Below, piece by piece: positions 23,773 through 35,845 of a stretch of 64,000 nucleotides of DNA (position 1 is its first letter; each line of letters begins with the position of its first letter). The DNA lies in NCBI RefSeq assembly GCF_018350175.1, contig NC_058371.1, positions 163,060,001 to 163,124,000 on the forward strand. Reading direction: 5' to 3'. Source of the stretch: Felis catus. Taxonomy: Eukaryota. Both the position numbers and the translations under genes were made by a program. The notes below the pieces were generated by a model. The model was not told the origin of the DNA. It did not search any database and worked only from the letters and a program-made list of their open reading frames with translations.

Positions 23773-24377
23773 TTTACAAGTGTGCCCAGATAATTAGAGT
23801 GCTTTTTGGTTCAGGGATTTTTAATTCTTAATCTGAAGCTATCGTCTTTTTGGTGACCAAGAGGAAAGTCCGTTGTGTATATTCTAAGGCGGCTCTCCGT
23901 GTGCTCTAGAAAAAGAGCTACAACAAAGCACGAACACCTTTGCTTCACTCTTTTCATTATCTAGTGCATTTTCCACCCAAAACTCCTGAGTGGGAAGAGT
24001 TGTTTTCCCTTAAACTAATGATGAGTTTTCTTTCACTTAACAGATGAGTGATGCTTTTAAAGGTCTTTTAATGGTTCTCTAGCTGTCAAAGCAGCAAATG
24101 AACTTCCATTTATGCTCTTCGTCTCATCAAGCTATCACAGAAGAGGGTAATGTGGCCGAGGAAACACCGCTGTGCTTTTCTGGGCCGTGAGAGGGGGAAA
24201 AAAAATGGACTTCTGGATATGAAAACTGAGTTTTGACTTTCAAATGCCCTTCTAGGATCGTTTACAGGGGAGTTATCCTTAGAAAGGAATGTTAATTCCT
24301 AAATAATAATCACCCCTGCTTCTTGACTTAGTAGCCTGACTTACAGGGGGTGAGTGCCGACAGCAAAAGTATGTGTT

Positions 24378-24830
24378 TTTTTTTAACGTTTATTCATTTT
24401 TTTGAGAGATAGAGACAGAGCATGAGCGGGGAAGGGGCAGAGAGAGAGAGAGGGAGACACAGAATCCGAAGCAGACTCCAGGCTCTGAGCTGTCAGCACA
24501 GAGCCCAACGTGGGGCTTGAACCCACCAACCACGAGATCATGATCCGAGCTGAAGTTCTATGTTTAGCTGACTGAACCACCCAGGCATCCCAGCAAAAGT
24601 ATGTTTTTAAAAAACTTTTTATGGTGGAAAATTTCAAGTATTCCCAATAAGGAGAATATCATAAAGCTTCACATACCCAGCATCAGGCTTCCGCAATTAG
24701 CCATGTTTTGCCAATCTCGTTTCATCCACCCAAGGATTTAGCTTTGCTCAAGCATTTTCAGGAAAATCCCACACATTGTGTCATTTCACTTGTAAAAACT
24801 TTAGTATGCATTTCTAATCTATAAAAACAT

Positions 24831-24866
<36 letters not shown>

Positions 24867-25048
24867 AGAGAGAGACCGAGTGTGAACAGGAGAGGGTCAG
24901 AGAGAGAGGGAGACACAGAATATGAAGCAGGTTTCAGGCTCTGAGCTGTCAGCACAGAGCCTGACGCGGGCCTCGAACTCACGAACCATGAGATCATGAC
25001 CTGAGCCGAAGTTGGATGCTCTACTGACTGAGCCACCCAGGCGCCCCT
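24378..25048 (-). mobile_element. Two antisense Can-SINEs (~24378-24591 and ~24835-25048) at or within an old L1M fragment
   Basis: SINE bodies read directly; TSD-like ATAAAAACATTCTT flanks the second copy. Confidence 0.8.
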
Positions 25049-28000
25049 TGATAAAAACATTCTTGAATGTAATTATATGTTACTTCCACACCTAACCATA
25101 CTCATTTTTATCATCGAATACCAGGTCCATACTTAGATTTCCCCTATCGTCTCTGAGCAGTCTTTTTACAGTTAGCTTCTTCTAATCAGAATCCAAACAC
25201 GACCTATTTGGTTATGTCTTTAAGTCTCTTTTATTCTATAACAATCCTCCTTCCTCACCTGACCGCTGATTTGTCACAGAAATTGAGTAATTTGTCCTGT
25301 AAACCGATGGCACTTTCCGGATTTGTCTTCTTCCCTTTGGTGTCACTTAACTTGTTTCTTTATTTCCTATAAACCGGCCTGATGAGATTTGAGTTGAATG
25401 TTGGGGCAAGAAAACTTCACACTTCCTAGTGAATCACATCATGAGGCACATAATGGCACAGTTGTGCCATTTTTCTAGGCTTCCTCTGTGGGTCCGGATG
25501 GTGTCCATGTGATTCTTCTGTTACAAAATCAACAATCACCCTTTACTTCATGTCTTAAGCTCCCACTTATATTCATTCCTTAAACTCTCTATCCCATTAG
25601 TTATAAAATAGTGATTAGAAAATGCTAAAAAATAATTTCTTCTGCATTTTATTAGCTGGACTATAAAGAACAACTTTCTCTCAAACACTATTTGGTTACC
25701 GCCGCCCTCCCCCCCCCAAAAAAACAGTTCATACAGGAAAGGCAGAATACGATCTTTTTCTTTTTCTTTATTTTTCAAATTTCAAAGTAATACAACCTCT
25801 AATAAGAACAAGGAGGTTTCATACTATTATGAATTCAAGATTTTTATGTTTTACATTTCTTCAAAAGTAAGTTTTTAAATTGTTGCTGGGGATGGAATCC
25901 TGAAATGTGGGCATCAGCCTTCTACGATAGCATTTCTTAAGGTATGGCCACAGACCATACATACATCAGAGTCCCCTGGGACATGATGTAAATACCCGGT
26001 CCCCACCAAGACCTCCTGGGTTCGAGTCTTTGGGAATAAACCCTGGAATCTGCATTCCTAAAAAAACTCCTCTAGGGATTGCTAAAATAGTTATGGAATG
26101 GATAGCCTTTTGGGAGCACCTCATCAGAGTTTGGGGACAAAGCATCAAAGTGGGTACACACCTAAGCAGTTACTCCAAAATAAGAGCATGAGATTAACCA
26201 CTGATAATTCAGGAGAAGGGAGGGTGGGATAAATTAAGTCCTTGAAGAAGGGCTCGGCAAACACGAGGAGTGCTATGCAGTGCTGGCCTCTGTACACAGC
26301 TTTATCTTGGTTGAGACAGTCTGGGTTCAGACTACACCTTATAATTAGGACTCTGGGAAACTTTCATAACCCTAAATCCTGTACAGTGTGGTTCTACATG
26401 GCATTGAACTAATTCCTCCTGTGGATTCCCGTGGACCTCTGTTGTTCACACCCACAGCCTCAGATCCTACACAGCTGCTGTCCACTGGGCCCCCGAGATT
26501 CCCCCTGTGTGATTTGTGTCATCTCATCAGGGAACACAATTCCTCATCCATTAGGACATGGAGTGCCATTCATATTTGAAGTATCAATTAGCACTGTCCT
26601 CATATGTTCTATTTTTGAATTGCTCATCTCCTCCAGGGAACTCACTTTTAATATTTTATGAAAGTCCCCTAGTGCCTGACATTTTAAGCAAAACATTTGT
26701 TTAGTTGGTTTTCCATAAAAGTGATGATCCATTTTTGTAATTTCATTTGCCTCGATTTGTTGAATATTACATAGCGTTGTGGAATGCACTGACCCACGGG
26801 GCGGAAAATACAGATGTTCGAAAGAAGAAGCAAACTTGTCTGTCAATTGAATTTTTCTGCAGATTTGGAGACCATTAAAACACATCGCTCAGCACTTTTC
26901 TGCCCTTGTATTTGGAAAGACAGAATGGGAATCAGGGTCCTAGAGCACAGTGGAAGTCCCAGATCTCCCTCTGAACGAAATCCCACTGAATGCCGGTGAA
27001 GCTCTGTGTTGTGCCAGTATCCTGCCAATAGAAAGGGTGTGGCGAAGGACAGGGTTGAGTGATCCTGCAGAGAAGCAGAATATGCAGCCTGTATGGAGAT
27101 TCTTCCAGCCGCTGCCCACGTCTAGCACTGTTGCCTCCAGGCAGAATCCCGGGCTTCGGAGGCTATTTGATGAGGGCAGGCTTCGTAAACCCAAATGCCT
27201 ATGGGGGCCAGGAATAATGTAAAGGAGTGAAGAGACTTGGATAGGAGACTGGTGAGTTATGGAGACTTGTCTCTGCTGAAGCGGGTTACTCCATTCAATT
27301 TCTTCTGGCTGTGGCCCGGAATGTGGACCCTGAATGGCTAGGGCTTTTGACATTTTGAGAGAAGCCAATAATCTGAATTTTTATGAGAACTGTCTAGATT
27401 TCAAATGTTGGCATTAATTCAAACAGGTTTTAAACATAGCGATGATTAAAGTAAATATACCCATGGGCCACTATTTTCAGGCTTGTGATTTAGGGGATAC
27501 AGTACTTTAAATTAATACCACGGTGAAATAGAAGAGAACTTATGTTTCCCAGATCAAGACGAGTAAAAGTTAAGAGTCTAAAGCCAGTTTGCTGATGCCA
27601 TTAGCAGAGACTTAAACCATAAATCTTATAGGGATAAATTAGCTCTATTCTGGTCAGTGGCCAGAGGCTTGAATTTTGCAGTTGTGTGCCATTTGTCACC
27701 TAGAAGCTCTGGATGAATGCTTATGGATCAGGGCAGAGCCATGACTCAAAGTTCACACTCTAATGATTGTGGGTCAGGGGTGACCTCTTCCTACAAGAAA
27801 GCGATCATTACAGAGCTGGCCCCCATTTTTGAATCCTCGCAGGAAAACAGAGCTGAGCATGTAGGCTGCTTTCTTAAAACCCAAAGGTCTGACTTGCAGG
27901 AAAAGAAGGTAGTGGGAATTTAGACGGAGTGCTTTCCTCTTTCTGAAGAGTGATACCCAGATAGTGTGTTCTGCTGGGAGTAGATTTCAGTGTCAAGTTG

Positions 28001-28054
28001 TCTTCTACTTAGTCAGAAAGAGAAAGCATGACTATATAATTACTGCATATGGAG

Positions 28055-28458
28055 TGTTCAAAAGAAGCAACAGGTCCAAAATGGAGTCGCTAACATGAAG
28101 CCCCACCAAGACTTAATACCTTAATACTTAGTGCAGTTTTGGCCTCTCCTTGGAGTAGAATTTAAAACTCATCAGTCTGGAATTTCCTGATCAGCATTAG
28201 TGAGGTAATCTGCCTAAGACCCCCTGTTCTTCTCCCTAAGGGAAGGTGACCTTGCCTGAAACAATCCTTTTTTCTTTTTTTTTTCTTTTGCAGATAACTT
28301 TCTTGTCCTGCCCTATTTGTGTGCATGAAAATGGAAGCCTTCCATTTTCTATAGCTCCTTGGAGCATTCTTCTAAGGGATGCTGCCCAGATTCACGAAAC
28401 ATTGAATAAATCCAATTAGATCTTTTAATTTCCTAGCTTGAATTTTTATTCTTTAACC
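28055..28458 (+). repeat. ERV 5' LTR
   Basis: Starts TGTTCAAAAGAAGCAAC and shares GTCTGGAATTTCCTGATCAGCA and CCCTAAGGGAAGGTGACCTTGCC blocks with 35478-35845. Contains AATAAA; ends TTCTTTAAC. Confidence 0.88.
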
Positions 28459-28462
28459 GATT

Positions 28463-28480
28463 TGGTGGCAGGGGTGGGAC
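28463..28480 (+). promoter_or_regulatory. Primer-binding site, tRNA-Leu (AAG/TAG type)
   Basis: TGGTGGCAGGGGTGGGAC versus the complement of the tRNA-Leu 3' end, TGGTGGCAGCGGTGGGAT (16/18), just after the 5' LTR. Confidence 0.75.
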
Positions 28481-29068
28481 TGAAGAGAACTGGCAGATTT
28501 GGGAACAAGAAACACAGGCGTGGCACCTGCAAACCCTTTGAGTTCTCCTCCTGTTTCCAAGGGCTATTGCTAAGTTCTCTGTTCTGATCTCTTTTCTCTT
28601 TGCATTGAGCTCCTGATCTAATTGACTTTCTACAGTTCTCTATTTGATTGGAAACCCCAGTCCTTGGTTCTAGCCCTTGACCCCACACTGAGACCTGTTG
28701 GTGGCAGCTGTCTGGAATCAGTCCACAGTCCTGTTCTTTGGGATCTGCTGGCTCAAATCTTTCCCCAGTTCCTAGGTTCCATACACGAAACTGTTACTGG
28801 TTACCAACCAAAGTTGGACTGGGTCCAGGATCAGACTGGATCCAATTTTGGCTAGACTGGGTCCAGTGGGAGGCCTTAGGTGAATATTACACAAGGGCTA
28901 GTTGCTAATGGGAATTTCAGAAGTCAATAAAGTTGGTGGGCACAGATCCAGCATGTAAAGGTGGTTAGAGGATGTGCCACCTCAAGGACTCCTATGATAG
29001 ACCCTCTTCGGTATTAGTTTGGCTCCAGGAAATACAAAGACCTAGCTAAATTCAGAAATGGGATCCTT

Positions 29069-29532
29069 GGGATGCTTGGGTGGCTCGATGGGTTAAGCAT
29101 CCAACTTCGGCTCAGGTCACGATCTCAGGCTTTGTCAGTTTGAGCCCTGCAGCCAACTCTGTGCTGACAGCTCAGAGCCGGGAGCCTGCTTCAGATTCTC
29201 CCTCTCTCTGCCCCTTCCCTGCTTGCACTCTGTCTCTCTCTCTCTCAAAAATAAACAAACATTAAAAAAAAAAAAGAAGAAGAAGAATATTTAAACAAAA
29301 AAAAAAAAAAAGGAAATTGGATCCTTTGGGGGCACCTAGGTGGCTCTGTTGGTTAAGCATCTGGCTCTTGATCTCGGCTCAGATCATGATCTCAGAGTCC
29401 ATGAGAGAGAGCCTTGCGTCAGACTCTGTGCTGACAGCATAGGGTCTGCTTGGGATTCTCCCTCTCTCTCTCTCTCTGCCACGCCGCCCCCCCCCCCCAT
29501 AAATAAATAAAGTTGAAAGAAAATAAAAGAAA
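29069..29532 (+). mobile_element. Two tandem Can-SINEs inserted at the ERV gag start
   Basis: SINE heads at 29069 and 29328; target GAAATGGGATCCTT(T) present three times (29055, 29313, 29533). Confidence 0.9.
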
Positions 29533-29535
29533 GAA

Positions 29536-30860
29536 ATGGGATCCTTTATATCCAAAGAGTTGAGGGCACCAGCTTATGGCACACCTGCTGACTTTATGTT
29601 TAAGAGCTATAATCCTAGAAGCCGCACATATCTAGCAAAATGGCAAAACTTTACTAATGATAACCTAGAATTACAATGGCCACTACAGGGAACATCCCAA
29701 TGAGACAAGATAGCTCATTTAAGAAACACACTTGAGAGCAAGGGATCCCAAGTTGAACAAACAGAATGGGATGCCTAATTTAATTGGTGAGCAGAAGCTT
29801 TCAAAAGGCTTTAAGATTCCAAAGTAGCTTCATTAAAAGACTTTTTACAAGGGCTAATAAAAAATTGAAGACACAAGAGGCACCTTAAACAAAAAGATAA
29901 AAAGACTGATGTGACCCCCCCTCATCCTTTTTTCCCTGAGAACCCACATTTCACTAATTGTCTGATCTACCCTTCCATTCTGAAGAGATTATCCGACAGT
30001 TACCTTTTAAAATAAAACTTTGCGGTTGTAGGTGAACCTCCTCAGGTACCTTTCACCCCTTGGCCAAAGACTGAACCAACGGCCATAGTTAAAGAATGTC
30101 CTTAACCTGGGGAGGAGCCCCAAAAGTTGTTTGAAGATATTAGAGTCATTATCAGGGTCTATGACCCCAGGTGTATACAGCTCGTATACATGTTGGTAGG
30201 ACCTGGTAAAGGCCAAATATGGATGCAGGAAGCAAGATGGCAAGACGCCAAAGATGATATTTGAGATCTTTGGTCTACAAGGTCTCAGGGCCCAGCAAAA
30301 GCTCACAAAATAGCAGCTGAACTTTTACAAGCCACTCCTAGAGTCTTTCCTGCCCGTCCTCATTGGTCTATTATACAAACTTGCAAACAAACAAAAAAAA
30401 AACCCAATGAATCTCTGGCAGACTTTGAAGGCTGTTGGTAGCTCTTTCTCTATGGCATTTGGGGTTCCATGCAATAAATAGGGTCACCCAACCTGTTTTG
30501 GCTGCCCTATTTGTACATGGATTATCTCTTGAGATTAGTGGATCAATAAAGAGGCAGAAAATAGGATGGGAAGCCACTACTCTACCTGAACTCATGACTA
30601 TAGCTGAGTATTTTGAAAGCACCCTGGAGCAAGATCATAAACAGAAATCTGCCAAGCTATTAGCTTTACAGCTCCAAGGCCAGAGACCCAAACAACACCT
30701 GGGCGTCTAGCACTGCACCTTCCTAGGGGTCCATTATCAAAATTCTGGTCCAAAGATTGATGTCTCAGCTGTAATCAACTGGGGCACTGGAAAAGAGATT
30801 GTCCTCAAAGGTCCCATGCAAATTCTTCTCAAATGCCCTCATACTTACCTTCAAAGGGGG
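29536..30860 (+). pseudogene. ERV gag remnant
   Basis: ATG at 29536 gives MGSFISK (myristoylation-type) ...GTPADFMF...WPLQGT, with a stop at 29701. Intact zinc knuckle CLSCNQLGHWKRDC at 30761-30802. Multiple stops and frameshifts in between. Confidence 0.85.
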
Positions 30861-30929
30861 GCCCTTCACAGAGTTGAAGGGACTCAGAGGGGTTCTCTGC
30901 TAAACTATTACCAGAAATTCCCTTAAATA

Positions 30930-31250
30930 GCCAAGGGAAAACTAATGTTAAAATTAATAGGAAACCTTGCCAAATTTTAATAGATACCGGAGTTACACGT
31001 TATACCTTAAACCCTACCCTCAAAGCAAAGAGGAGGTTTCCACAGTTGGAGGAGAGGGTGTCTAATAAAGTTCAGAGAGAATTTTTATCTCAACCAGTAC
31101 AAATGATTCTGGGACCTTTTATTGACAAACATTCCTTTTTACTGTGCCAGTCAGTTCCAGATAATCTATTAGGTAGGGCTCTCCTTTCTAAACTAAAAGG
31201 GCTAATATATTTTGCCTCCAATGGAGACTTTGTCTTAGAATTTCCTGACC
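30930..31250 (+). pseudogene. ERV protease remnant
   Basis: LIDTG at 30977-30991; downstream DNLLGRALLSKL motif. Confidence 0.85.
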
Positions 31251-31299
31251 CACCAGAACCTGATCTTTTATGCTCCTTATAGTCTGTCCTTGACACAGG

Positions 31300-34200
31300 A
31301 AAAGAAGAATTCCAACAAAAGTCCCCGAATTTAATGGAGGAGCCCGAAAATCTGTGGACTACTTCTGATACTGACACTGGAAGAATAAGAAGTATAGAAC
31401 CCGTAATGATTCAGACAGATATAAATAAAACTCTCCCTATGTTGTCTCAATGTCCCTTCAAGCATGAGGCCATCCAAGGCCTCACCCCACCTAATAGAAG
31501 GCCTAACTGCCCAGGGGCTAATCATTCCCTGTACCAGTTACTATAGATCTCGTCTGTTCTGAAACCCCCAACGGACAGAGAGGGCAATTCGTTCAGGATT
31601 TGAGAGCTATGAATACGATGGTCATTCCTGGTTTCCCAGTTGTTCCAAACCCGAACACCCTCATGTCCCAAGTTCCACGTGACTCTGTTCATTGCTGCTT
31701 TGGGGGCATCTCTGGAGACATCATCAGCCAGTTATCTATTTGCCTTTATTTGAAACTATCAACACTGGACCCGGGTAGTTATGCCTGAAAGGCTCACCCA
31801 GGCCCCTTATTTCTCTCAACTAGCTTCACTGAGCTCTAAGTACCCTCCAGTTCCCCGGGAAACCGAGCCTTTTATGGTATGTAGACAAACTTTTTGCTGT
31901 GCGTGGTTACCAAAGAGGGATCCTCTATCTATTTGCTGCAACACTTAGCTGAAAAGGGACAGCAAGTCTCTAAGGAAAAATTACAACGATCTCTAGACAT
32001 TGTTCAGTACCTAGGTCATGATCTAAGCTCTGAAGGAATTCAGCTGTCTCCAAAAAGAACTAGGCCAATTCGGGAATCTTTTAGATTTACAAGTTAAGTG
32101 ACAGCTTTGTGGATTTATTGCAGACTATGGGTTCCTAATTATCCTCTTTTAACTTCTCCAACTCCGTGGACTCCCTAAAATTTCAGTCCCTGAACCCTTT
32201 GCTTGGAAAGACAAATGTGAGAAGATTTTTATAAGACTAAAACAAGCTCTGTAGGGACCGCCTGCCTCAGGATCACCTAACTATTCAAAACACTTCACCT
32301 TATTTGTACAAGGAGGGGATAATGAAGTCCTGGGAATGCTCACACACGGACGGAGTGATAACGTAGGCCTGCCGCCCATGACAGCATACAGTGTGGCTCA
32401 GTTGCTCACCCCTGTCCCAGCTGATGTGAAGCTAGAGCCACAGCTGCTAGGGGAGTGGAAGCCTGCGTGGGCCTGACCCAGGGGAACGACATCTACTTGG
32501 AAACTTCACACTTTGTCCAAAGTCTTCCTCGCTCTGCACCGACTCAACGTTTCTCCGCAAGTCGACTGACTTCCTGAGGTCCTTCTGCTTTGACCACCTA
32601 AACTACATCTTCTACGTTGCGACACCCTTAATTTGGCTATCCGATGAAGGTGAGCCCCCGGACTGAGGTCTTAGCTCCCGTTTTGTGACGCCTCATCCTG
32701 ACTTACGAGATGCCCCTTTAATCCTGATCTAATCTCGCTTAATTGATGGGTCATCCCGTAGAGGCAAAAAAGGAAATTTTCAGGCAGGTCGTGCTGTTAT
32801 TCCTCAACACGACCAACCAGAAAGCAGAAACCTGTCACAAGCCAGATCCACAGAGCTCCACACCTCACCTGAGCTCGCCAGTTATCCGAAAGACAAACTG
32901 TTAATATTGATATGGAGAGCTGGTGTGCCTTTGGAGTCATCCATGATTTTAGAACGTTCTGGAGACAAAGGGATTTTTCTTGCGTCCTCCGGGACTCCGG
33001 TCAAAAATGGGCAGCCAGTAAATGATGTTCTTAGTGCTTGCTATTCTGCCATTCTCTTACCTTCTGGAATTGCTGTTATCAAAACTGAGGCTCACCCTGA
33101 AGGCATGGAGTATCGGAGCATGCCCTGGCTGGCTCTCGTGCAGAGGCAGAAGCAGCTGAGTGTACAGATTGTGGCACATGTGGAGGAAGTCCATTCCGCT
33201 TCTGTGAAAAATGGCCCGGCGTTGCCATAGTTTTGCCATCCCGATGTCCTTGTAACATGGCAGCGGTCTACTCCTGAATCAGAGAAATGGAGATGGGTAA
33301 ATGAGGGCTGTAGATTAAACAAACAGTTGGAGCTAAATAAACCAAACCCCGTTTTTCGGTTCCTGTATTCCTTCGCCCACCTTAGCGCATTTAGGATGAC
33401 TCAAGTTATAAAGTAGTGTTGGTAGGGACGCTTCTGCAAGATTGCAAAAAACAGTCTACCAGCAACGCCTGGCCTGCCACGGCCATAATCCTGGCAAGAT
33501 ATTTTTGTCCCCGGAAGCCTCAGCCCTCCTTCCTCTGGACTCTGAACACCCGCAGCTGCTCTCCATTCAACTGCTACTTGGTACGGGCTATCGATACGCT
33601 GTTATCCTAAGTGTGTTTTCCAGGTGTGCGGAAGCCATCCCCTGACATCGGTTGGTGACCTCACAGCGGCAAAGAAATTGTTGGAAGATGTGTTTCCCAC
33701 TTGGGTTATACCTTCTATAACTCCAGTGATCGAGGCACCCACCTCACTGGGTAAACCATATGAGGCTTAATGAATACCTTGCAGACCTCTTCGGATACCA
33801 CTGTCTCTATCCCCCTCAATCGTCGGGCAAGGTTGAGAGAACCAATGGATCCTCAAATGTAAAATGTCTAAACTTGCAGAAACCACTGGATTTCCATAGC
33901 CTACAGTATTGTCTTTGGTCTCGCTGACTGTTCACAGCACTCCCTTCGGGAAAATCCGTCTACACAAGATAGTCATCGGCAGACCAGTGTCTATTGGTAT
34001 ACAACCTTCTGCTGAAGATACACAACTTTCAGGCTAGTATGACCAGCCACAGTAAGTCTTAGGTTTGTCTTATGTTTAAGCATATCGTCAATAGATTAAA
34101 GAAACTTTCCCGGATCCCATTTCAAGGGATCCTGTAGTTCACAGTCTAGACCTTGTTGATTATTCTGGAAATGTCATCAGAGGAAGACAACCCCATTGTT

Positions 34201-34330
34201 CCTCATTGGAAAGGACCTTAGCAAGTGCTCCCAATCACACACTACTGCAAAACTAGAACACATTGAGCCTTGGGTACATGTCTCACCGATAAAGAAGGCT
34301 CCGCCTGACATGTGGGCAGATGATGCAGAC
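31300..34330 (+). pseudogene. ERV pol remnant (RT, RNase H, integrase)
   Basis: FVQDLRAMN..PVVPNP (~31590-31660); YVDK in place of YxDD (31877-31888); VQYLGHDLS; DGSS (~32745); SDRGTH (~33725); PQSSGKVERTN (~33815-33845); WKGP (~34206-34217). Confidence 0.88.
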
Positions 34331-34427
34331 CTACCAGTTGAATTGACAAGGAAGAGAGGTAGCTGATATGGAAGTAGACTGCCTTCACTTCACCCAAGAC
34401 GCTGGATCAAGATTTTATACTTTAAAC

Positions 34428-35300
34428 ATGAAACCCTTTCTCCTTTTTCTTTTCTTTACTCTGGCATTGGCATGGAGAGACAATGCTCTCATTCATACCC
34501 CCCCAGGCCATTGCTAAGGGGGGTAAACTCTCAGACTGCAACATTTGTCAGGATGCAAGAGATCCTCCCTGTGACCAATTTCTCTTCAATTTCCAATGCC
34601 AATGCAAACTATGTCTGAGAACCCCCCCCACCCCCACTTAGAAGTATGTACCAATTAGACATGTTTACCTATGTGAATCTTAGCACATTTGGACCCTATG
34701 TTCCCATGATTATCTAGACCAGATCTGCCCCCGGTCACCGAGAGATCTCACCAGCAGCACCCGTCTTTCTAAGGCACTTAGGATGACTCTTTCAGGGTTG
34801 GAGATTCTCTTCCTACACAGGCTAAAAACCTGACTGACCCCTAGTTTAGGAGTAAATACAAGAAAATGGTTTGAGCCCTCTCCTTAACTCTTGGACACAC
34901 TGTAGATTCTGTTGCTAAGATGCTAGCTGCCCAGCAAAGACCCTTATATTCTCTGGCCAAAGCTCTTCTGAGCAAGGAGGTGTCAGTGCTGTAGCCAACA
35001 CAACGTGCTGTACCTGGATTAACACTCCTGTGGAGGCTGCAACTCTGTTATGTAAGATCAGTGGGCAAGCCACATGGCTTAAAAGGGGGACTTCTTCAAT
35101 GGGGTCATTCTTTGATTGGTTTGGTCTTGGGGACCATGGCTCTGAAGTGCACTCCAAATGTTGGGACTTATCCTGCTTAGAGTTATAATGATCTCCCTGT
35201 ATGCTTCATCCTCCTGAAAGCCTTACATGTGTGTTTGCAGCCACTAGCCACCAAGGAAACGATGTCCCTAAGATTGGGATGACAAAAAAGGAACAAAGAA
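34428..35300 (+). pseudogene. ERV env remnant, heavily deleted
   Basis: Signal peptide MKPFLLFLFFTLALA then WRDNAL. After a frameshift in a C7 run: AIAKGGKLSDCNIC (CxxC at 34537-34548). TM motif EQGGVSAVANTTCCTWIN at 34970-35023. Confidence 0.82.
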
Positions 35301-35465
35301 AATGAGCAACTGAAAAATCGCGAGCCTGAAGTCATGACCTGTGAGTACCACAGAGTCAGCAAAATCCAGGATGAATGAACGCTTCGAGAACTAGAGCGGC
35401 CATTGAGATAAGCGCTAATGCCTTAAATTTTGATCACCTCTCTCAGTGAGGCTGAGAGTTTGATC

Positions 35466-35845
35466 AAAAGGGGGGAACGGTTAAAAAGAAGCAACGGGCC
35501 CCAAATGGAGTCATTGGTGTTAAGCTGCACCAAGACTTCATGTCTAACCTGCCGTTTCAGCCTCTCTTGGTTTTAAACTCGGTCTGGAATTTCCTGATCA
35601 GCACTAGGGAGGTGATCCGCCCAAGATCCCCCTGCCCTTCCCCCTAAGGGAAGGTGACCTTGCCAGAAACAACCCTTCCTTTTCTTTTGGTGGGAACTTC
35701 CTTGTCCAACCCCGGTTCTGCCTATCAAAGCCTTCCATTTTATGCAAGTCCTTGGAATACCCTTCTGTTAGTTAGATGGGATGTGACTCTTAGATAAAGC
35801 CACGTAGATGTTTCAACTTACTCCACTGAATTCTGTTCTTTAACA
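35466..35845 (+). repeat. Polypurine tract (35466-35477) and ERV 3' LTR (35478-35845)
   Basis: AAAAGGGGGGAA followed by a copy homologous to the 5' LTR, ending TTCTTTAACA. Confidence 0.88.

Larger units (their letters stand above)
28055..35845 (+). mobile_element. Decayed class I (gamma-type) endogenous retrovirus, LTR-gag-pro-pol-env-LTR
   Basis: Two homologous LTRs, PBS, PPT, and gag CCHC, protease DTG, RT, RNase H, integrase and env motifs in canonical order; all frames interrupted. Confidence 0.93.

Noticed and set aside
26700-27400. Overlapping 90-142 aa ORFs in unique-looking sequence
   Set aside because: No recognisable domain, splice structure or repeat family. It may be conserved non-coding DNA, but nothing here supports a call.
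34428-35300. Possibility that this env is the captured ERVMER34-1/HEMO gene or a syncytin
   Set aside because: It sits in a proviral context on the USP46 side of DANCR, whereas HEMO would be expected left of this window by human synteny. It is also frameshifted and largely deleted.
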